Shown here piece by piece: positions 55,446 to 64,000 of a stretch of 64,000 nt of DNA (positions within the stretch are counted from its first letter, which is position 1; each line of letters starts with the position of its first letter). Both the position numbers and the translations under genes were made by a program. The notes below the pieces were generated by a model. The model was not told the origin of the DNA. It searched no databases and saw only the letters and a program-made list of their open reading frames with translations. Origin of the DNA: Eledone cirrhosa (Eukaryota); the NCBI GenBank assembly GCA_964016885.1, contig OZ024763.1, positions 24,056,001 through 24,120,000 on the forward strand, in the 5' to 3' direction.

Positions 55446-55629
55446 TTCATCCCCACAGAGAGAACAGTCAGAGGATTTGCTTCGAAGTCACTAGACTTAT
55501 CTGAGGAACTTGTGAATCCAGAGTCTGGTTCGATCCATAAATAGATCGCACCTCGAGCTGTTTGCCGGGGAAACAATTGTAATACACTAATAAATTGTGT
55601 TCAGATGTATCACTGATTCTTCGTTCTCC

Positions 55630-55755
<126 letters not shown>

Positions 55756-55756
55756 A

Positions 55757-56041
55757 AGAGGGATAGAATGTAGTGTACGGGAGAGGAGACTGAGGTGGTA
55801 TGGACATGTGATGCGCATGGAGGATGACCGATGGGTGAAGAAGTGCCAGGAAATGCCAGTTGAAGGAAGACGTGGTAGAGGTAGACCACGAAAAACATGG
55901 GCGGAGGTGGTGAGAACAGACCTCAGATCAGTGAAGCTCACGGTGGAGATGACGAAGGACCGTGACAAGTGGAGAGATGCTGTGCTGAATAAGACCCGTC
56001 CCACCCTTGCAAGCGGACGTAAAATGATGATGATGATGATG

Positions 56042-56043
<2 letters not shown>
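55757..56043 (+). mobile_element. RTE family B 3' fragment
   Basis: [50 protein letters not shown] followed by (GAT)n. Confidence 0.92.
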
Positions 56044-56078
<35 letters not shown>

Positions 56079-56088
56079 TATATATATA

Positions 56089-56128
<40 letters not shown>

Positions 56129-56219
56129 TATATATCTCCACCTACCCCCCACTCTCCTGAGCGTGAATCTAATAAACATTTGTCGTACTGCCTCTCTGTT
56201 CTGTCCCTGTTCAATTTTT

Positions 56220-56254
<35 letters not shown>

Positions 56255-56257
<3 letters not shown>

Positions 56258-58087
56258 CGTTTCTAAATTTGTTTAGCAAGATTCTTTATCTGAAATCGTG
56301 TGTTGAAACCGATATTGTTATACTTTGGGAGGGTCATGCTGCCAATAAGAAACACACGCACCAGTTGCTTTCACTTCAATTTATTATATATTTATAAATT
56401 TATAAATTTACATATTTACAAATTTACAAACTTATAAATTTCTGGTTGGTTGGTTGGTTCCACAACCAGATAGTTGTTTATATATAGTCATAGTCCTTTC
56501 GTCACACACTCTGTGACCTCTTCAGTGACTGGGGATTCCTTTCTTTGTTTCTGTGCCTTTCCTTTCTTCTATCCTACGCCATTTTGTTTCTGTGTGTGTG
56601 TTGTGTGCTCAGTTTGCGCATGCGCCACATCCGGGTGTCTGTGTGTGTTTGTGTTCATTTATCTATTTGTTTATTTATTTATTTATTTATTGTTGGTTGG
56701 TTGTTTGTTCTATGTGTGTGTGTGTTTTCATTTTGTCCTGTGTGTGTTTTCATTTTGTCCTTAATTGTAAGTTGTTTGTTCTATGTGTGTGTGTGTTTTC
56801 ATTTTGTCCTGTGTGTGATTTCATTTTGTCCTTAATTGTAAGTTGTGATGTTGCTGTTCCACTCATATTTTCTATTTAATTTTGGTTGTAATTCTTTTAT
56901 GCTTACTGCCTCTGTAATTTGCCTAAACATTGCGTCTTTTCTGTGTGTGGATTCTATTTTTATTTCTATGCTCTCTAATCTACCCCTGTGTTCTATCTTA
57001 GCATGTTGGTAGAGCACAGATGATTCTTTATTATCTTGGAGGTCTCGCCAGTGTTCATTTATTCGTTCCCCTATACTACGAGCTGTCTCACCTATGTACA
57101 CTATATTTTTGTTTCTACATTGTCCTTCAGTACATCTTATGCTATACACTACATTTCTAGTTTTACAGTTAATATGGGGGCTTATTTTACAGGTTATACA
57201 TTTCTTATCTATACATGAGGGTCTTTGGAACGGGTATGTCTTGCTAATAAGTGTTTTTACGGAGGTACCTGGTCTTTCTACTATCTTAATATTGAGATTA
57301 TGTATATTTAGGGCCCTTCTAAATTTGTAGGCTAGTTCGCCTCTAGGGGTTGTATTGATGAACATTACACTCTGGTATTTATTGCTATCATACCATGAGT
57401 TTATTCTATTGGCCTTGTTCCTAGTTCTTTCTATTCTATTCCAAAATTTGCTCCTATACAAGGGGCAGGTCCCATTTATGTCATTATTTACCATTTTTTC
57501 CCATTTGGTTCTGGCTCCTTTATACACTCTGATTCTATCTCTCTGATTGTATGTAGCCAGAGAACTGCATACGGTGGATGAAGTATTGTATGTGTCTCTC
57601 TAGTTCTTCGGGGTTGCACATGCGGGACACATTTCTCATCACCCGTACCAAATCCGCAATCAGTATGTTGATTTTGGTATGGTCCGAAATGGCCGAGTTT
57701 CGGTGGATCAGATGTTTGGAAGTCATGGGTTTGGCATAATGGGAATGGAGGATTTGTTTTTGGTTGTTAATGGTATCTAACCAGAGCTCTGTGTCTAGTA
57801 CAGGTAATCGATGGTTGGGGTGTCTACTTGGGTAGTCTATAGTAACTCTAATGCTCTGGTGGATGGAGTTTGCTATTTGCTGGATGCTTTCCATTATGTT
57901 TTTCTCTAGTTCCTGACTGTTCTTTAGTGGGGGTGTCTTAACTACGATGTTTATATCATCTACATAGCGGGAGTACATTATCAGGGTTAAGCTGTCTTCT
58001 AATTGTTCATTAAGTTTTTGTTTAAGTCTACTGTCCCACCATACCATGAATAAGTTAGCTATGTCGCCTGCAATGCTAACACCAATA
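56255..58087 (-). mobile_element. Penelope-like retroelement copy 2, 5' truncated, 3' pLTR with tail
   Basis: GVSIAGDIANLFMVWWD..YSRYVDD RT motifs; frameshift near 57550; GIY-YIG at 56832-57527; nearly identical to copy 1. Confidence 0.95.
56486..56530 (-). ncRNA. Minimal hammerhead motif in the pLTR of copy 2
   Basis: Minus strand AGTCA-CTGAAGA-G-GTCACA gagtg TGTGAC-GAAA-GGAC-TA-TGACT. Confidence 0.8.
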
Positions 58088-58089
58088 GA

Positions 58090-58665
58090 GTGTGTAACTT
58101 GGAGATCTGAGAGTCACTCCAGGTAGAGCCACTACTTCTCTGAATTGAGAGATCACAGCTCCGATACTATGGACATGTGGTTACAATGTCTCAGATAAGA
58201 ATCGCTGAACAGGTTTGTAGCTCGGAGATCAGAGAATCACTCCAGGTAGAGCCGCTACTTCTCCTAATTGAGAGATCACAGCTCCGACACTATGGGCATG
58301 TGGTTAGAATGTCTCAGGAATGAATCGCTAGACAAGTATGTAGCTCGGAGATCAAAGAGTCATTCCAGGTAGAGTTGCTACTTCTCTGAATTGGGAGATC
58401 ACAACTCCAATACTATGAGCATGTCGTTAGAATGTTTCAGCAAAGAATCGTTGGACAGATTTTATGGACAAATCCAACTGACAGGAGACACAGAGGTAGA
58501 CCCCAAGCAAGATGGTTGGATAACATCCATGAGCTTGGCTGGTCTCACTTGAGGTCCAGTCGGATCAGTTGAAGACTGCTTCTGACAGGACCCACTGGAA
58601 CGGAGTGTTTGAGAACTCTGGCCCCTCAATCCTCCCAAGAATAAATGGGTTGGACAAGTTGTTAT
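58090..58665 (+). mobile_element. Old RTE LINE C-terminal fragment with a 123-bp triplication
   Basis: SSEIRESLQVEPLLL.IERSQLRHYGHVVRM-like segment starts at 58094, 58217 and 58340, then RRHRGRPQARWLDNI..DRTHW. Confidence 0.8.
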
Positions 58666-58908
58666 GGTTTGAGACCAGAGATACTCAACCACTTACAGAG
58701 TGTTCTGTTCAGAATGGTCTAACATATCTTATAGATTTCTATATACATTTCTGTATACTGACCAAGGACTGAGTGTATATGAAGGGGCCAGTTATTAGAC
58801 AGTGTGTGTGTATATATATATATATATGTATTTCCATAGAAAAGTTAATAGAAAATATATATAGATATATATGCACACCTATATATACATATATATATGA
58901 GAGAGATG

Positions 58909-58941
<33 letters not shown>

Positions 58942-59230
58942 TTCTTAGAGATATATACATACTTATATACATATATGTATACACACACACATTGGTTCTG
59001 TATGAGCAAGACATGGTCATCTGACCTCGACTTGCCTCAAATATGACAACCCATCTAACCCATGCTAGCGTGGAAAATGGACATTAAACAGTGATGATGA
59101 TGATGATAGAAACACACACACACATATATGTATACAATGTATTTCCATATATGAGTAACTGAGAGAGGGTGGGCTATTAGATGTAGTATATATATATATA
59201 TATATTAGATGTAGTATATATATATATATA

Positions 59231-59266
<36 letters not shown>

Positions 59267-59437
59267 TATAGTATATATATATATATATATCTAATATATA
59301 TATATATATTAGATATAGTATATATATATATATATATCTAATATATATATATATATTAGATATAGTATATATATATATATATATATATGTGTATATATAT
59401 TAGATATAGTATATATATATATATGTATATATATTAG

Positions 59438-59605
<168 letters not shown>

Positions 59606-60079
59606 GTATATCATCATCATTTAATGCCCATCTTCCACGCTAGCATGGGTTAGACAGTTTTGTTCCATTTGATGTGGTAATGGTCGGGAGACCATGTCTC
59701 GGATATACATATATATACACATATATATATATACACACATATATATATACATATACATAAATATATATACATTTATACACACACATATATACACATTATA
59801 TACATACACACACACACATATATATATACACATATATATGACCACATACAGGTACACATACACACATATATATATATACCCATATACATAGATATATATA
59901 CATACATATATATACACACATATCTATACTTACACATATATATATATACACATCTATATATACACATATATACACATATATATACACACACATATATACA
60001 TACACATATATACATACATACACACACATATATATACATATATATATACATACATATATATAGATATACATATATCTGT

Positions 60080-60146
<67 letters not shown>

Positions 60147-60191
60147 GAGAGTAAAACAAAGAATCCTTTAATACATCAAAAGTTTTTATTA

Positions 60192-60229
60192 GCCGACAAT
60201 GTTTCGTCCTATTAAGGACTCATCAGGGC
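60192..60229 (-). ncRNA. Canonical-core minimal type I hammerhead ribozyme
   Basis: Minus strand GCC-CTGATGA-GTCC TTAATA GGAC-GAA-AC ATT GT-C-GGC; GUC cleavage triplet. Confidence 0.8.
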
Positions 60230-60479
60230 AATCAAAACAACAAGAGGTAATTTCGGCAGATACAAGCCAGAAACTCTGAAGAATATGGAGTTTACATACA
60301 CTAATGTCTTACAAAGATATACGATAATAAAAATGAAGATAAAAATAATAAAATTATAATAACTAAGGATGTAGATAACATTAAGAACCATATTACAAAT
60401 ATAGTCCAAAGTCACCAACTTAAATCATATTATATATATATATATATACATACATATACATACATATACATATATCTGT

Positions 60480-60511
<32 letters not shown>

Positions 60512-60664
60512 TCCATCATCATATATTTTTATGGAAAAAACCCACAACTTAAATAAGGTTTACACAATATATAATGAAAACAATAATTAAATAAATACTT
60601 AAAACAAATATTTAAAAAAAAAAATATGTTGGAAAAATAGTTTAAGTTAAGAGTGATGACTGAT

Positions 60665-61400
60665 AATGGTGGTGGTGTGGTGGTGGTGGTGGTATGGTGG
60701 TGTGGTGGTGGTGGTGGTGGTGTGGTGGTGGTGGTGGTGGTGGTGGTGATGTGGGGGTATAGTGTAGGAAGTGATGGTGGTGGTGTGGTGGTGGTGGTGG
60801 TATGGTGGTGTGGTGGTGGTGGTGAGGGTGCAGTGCAGATAGTGGTGGTGGTGATGTGGGGGTATAGTGTACAAAGTGATGGTGGTGGATAGGGTGTAGG
60901 ATGGGGGTGTGGTGGTGGTGGTGGTGGTGAGGGTGCAGTGCAGATAGTGGTGGTGGTGATGTGGGGGTATAGTGTAGGAAGTGATGGTGGTGGTGTGTTG
61001 GTGGTGGTGGTATGGTGGTGTGGTGGTGGTGGTGCTGGTGGTGGTGGTGGTGATGTGGGGGTATAGTGTAGGAAGTGATGGTGGTGGTGTGGTGGTGGTG
61101 GTGGTATGGTGGTGTGGTGGTGGTGGTGGTGGTGATGTGGGGGTATAGTGTAGGAAGTGATGGTGGTGGTGTGGTGGTGGTGGTGGTATGGTGGTGTGGT
61201 GGTGGTGGTGGTGTTGGAGGTGATGTGGGGGTATAGTGTAGGAAGTGATGGTGTGGTGGTGGTATGGTGGTGTGGTGGTGGTGGTGGTGAGGGTGCAGTG
61301 CAGATAGTGGTGTTGGAGGTGATGTGGGGGTATAGTGTACAAAGTGATGGTGGTGGATAGGGTGTAGGATGGGGTGTGGTGGTGGTGGATGTGGTGGTGG
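60665..61400. repeat. (GGT)n compound minisatellite
   Basis: Recurrent GTGATGTGGGGGTATAGTGTAGGAAGTGATGG blocks between GGT runs. Confidence 0.9.
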
Positions 61401-62758
61401 GGTGTAGGATGTGGATGTGGTGGTGGTGGATGTGGTGGTGGTGGATGTGGTGGTGGTGAATGCGGTGGTGGTGGATGGTGATGATGATGATGATGATGGT
61501 AATGATGGTGAGGTTGATGATGATGATGATGATGATGGTGGTAATGATGATGATGATGATGATGAGGTTAATGATGATGATGATGTAAACTTTGTAATAT
61601 TCCTGGTATTCTCTATTACCACTATACCACCACCACCAACATAACACCACCACTACCAACACCACCAACACCACCTCATCTATTACCATCACTGCCATCA
61701 TTATCTCCACCACCACCACCACCACCACCATCACTAACACTACCATCATCATCACCATCATTATCTCCACCACCACCACCACCATCACTAACACTACCAT
61801 CATCATCACCATCATTATCTTAACCACCACCACCACCATCACTAACACTACCATCATCATCACCATCATTATCTCCACCACCACCACCACCATCACTAAC
61901 ACTACCATCATCATCACCATCATTATCTCCACCACCACCACCACCATCACTAACATCATCATCACCATCATTATTATTATCACCACCACCACACCACTAC
62001 CATCATTATCATCACCCCTACCATCACTACCACCACCACCAACACCAACACTACAACTACCACCACCAACACTAACACTACCACCAACACTACCACCACC
62101 AACATTATTATCATCACCACCATCACCATCACCACCACCACTAACACTACTACCACCACCACCATTATTATCATCACTCCTACCATCACTGACCTTTAAT
62201 GGTATGTCAATCCCTCCTTTTATCATCATCCTCAGAAACCCCACACCACCACCACCACCATGACCATCACTACAACCACCACCACCGCTACCATCATGAC
62301 CACACCCACCACCATCACGACAATCATCACTACCACAATCACCATCATCATCACCACCACCACCACCATTATTACCACCGCCAACATGATCAACACCACA
62401 ATCACCATCACCACCACTGCCACCACCATTACAATCATCATCATCGCCAACACCATTACAATCACCACCTCAATCGCCATCACAACCATCACCACCACCT
62501 CCATCATCATCACCACCATTACAATCATCATCATCATTGCCCCAATTATCACCTCCACCCCTCACCCCCACACATCCTGACCTGCACCAAAATTATATCA
62601 TCATCATCATCATCATCATCACCACCACCACCACCATCACGACCATCATCATCATCATCAATGTAGATAGGCCGGTACAATATATGGAGCTTTGTATTAA
62701 ATCATCCAAATGTTTTATGTATAAATACACACATACATTTATACACACATACATATAT

Positions 62759-62797
<39 letters not shown>

Positions 62798-62884
62798 CAG
62801 AGACGTGTATATATGCATATTAATGTACACACACATATATGCATATACACACACACACACATGTACGTATACACATACTTGTAA

Positions 62885-62927
<43 letters not shown>

Positions 62928-63054
62928 AAGATATATACATATGCACATTTATATACATATTTATACACATGCTGGTGCGGAAAATGGACGTAAAATGGGA
63001 TGTTGATGATGGTTTCACGTTCTACCGAGTACACAGGAGAAGTTGTCATATATA

Positions 63055-63398
63055 TGGCCTAGTGGTTAGAGTCATGGCTTAGTGGCTTAGTGGTTAGAGC
63101 ATTGGACTTGCAATCGAAAGGTTGTGAGTTCAATTCTCAGACCGGGTGATGTGTTGTTTCCTTGAGCAAGACACTTTATTTCACATTGCTCCAGTTTACT
63201 CAGCTGTAGAAATGAGATGATAGGGACTGGGGTCCACATCATTCCACTGCAAAGTGGTCGTGGAGGTGCACCCAGCACTCACTGTAAATGAGGTCGGTGT
63301 TAGGAAGGGCATCCAGCTGTAGAAGTCAAGCCAGAATCAGTTCCCGTCCCACCCTTGCAAGCAGGGAAAAGCAGATGTAAAATGATGATGATGATGAT
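63055..63398 (+). mobile_element. tRNA-derived SINE (Meta/V-like core) with RTE-derived tail and a stuttered A box
   Basis: TGGC(C/T)TAGTGG occurs three times, then B box GAGTTCAATTC, the core, GGTGTTAGGAAGGGCATCC and (GAT)n. Confidence 0.88.
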
Positions 63399-63409
63399 AT
63401 ATATATATA

Positions 63410-63489
63410 TAGGCTGTCCCTCAAAAATATATATGCATTTCAACACCATTCTAAAAAAGTGTATACATTTATTGGGGGGCACCCTGTAT
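63410..63489. mobile_element. Tiny Tc1/mariner-type remnant
   Basis: TAGGCTGTCCCTCAAAAATATATATGCATTT / AAAGTGTATACATTTATTGGGGGGCACCCTG-TA inverted ends. Confidence 0.5.
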
Positions 63490-63642
63490 ATATATATATA
63501 TATGTAAAAGGTAAACAGAAATAACACAATCAGTACAGTATATGGAAGGGATATATTAGGTTAACACTTGATATAGCAGGAAGAGGGTCTTAACATTTCG
63601 GGCGCTAGTCCTTCTGATAAGGGGTGCCTTTTTACTGTGTCT

Positions 63643-64000
63643 TCTACACGACCACTTTACAGTGTGGACTGGGTGCTCTTTTGTTGTGACACCTACACGA
63701 CCACTTTACAGTGTGGACTGGGTGCTCTTTTGTTGTGACACCTACACGACCACTTTACAGTGTGGACTGGGTGCTCTTTTGTCGTGACACCTCCACAACC
63801 ACTTTACAGTGTGGACTGGGTGCTCTTTTGTCGTGACACCTCCACAACCACTTTACAGTGTGGACTAGGTGCTCTTTTGTCGTGACACCTCCACAACCAC
63901 TTTACAGTGTGGACTGGGTGCTCTTTTGTCGTGACACCTCCACAACCACTTTACAGTGTAGACTGGGTGCTCTTTTGTCGTGACACCTACACGATCACTT
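63643..64000 (-). repeat. 49-bp tandem satellite related to 41450-43310, running off the window
   Basis: Reverse strand CCAGTCCACACTGTAAAGTGGTCGTGTAGGTGTCACAACAAAAGAGCAC. Confidence 0.95.

Noticed and set aside
55445-55625. VRGFASKSL peptide resembling an RLE-type LINE C-terminus
   Set aside because: Too short and degenerate to assign.

Overview
This is AT-rich, repeat-saturated animal genomic DNA. The SINE, LINE and microsatellite types suggest a coleoid cephalopod such as Octopus, but that is an inference. I can support no intact host gene, and nearly all listed ORFs are translations of simple repeats. The window holds two disabled copies of one Penelope-like element (RT plus C-terminal GIY-YIG) and a 5'-truncated RTE LINE with a PHD finger. 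It also has tails or fragments of RTE, Tx1/L1-like, R4/Dong-like and other Penelope-like elements, two tRNA-derived SINE families, and piggyBac-, Tc1/pogo- and possibly Merlin-type MITEs. Several mini/satellite arrays grew inside these mobile elements. The most notable signal is about a dozen minimal type I hammerhead ribozyme motifs from several unrelated sequence families. Three of them sit in small ORF-less fold-back elements within (TA)n tracts that copy the inverted-pLTR layout of the ORF-bearing Penelope element. All alignments and folds were done by eye, so coordinates are approximate to a few bases.
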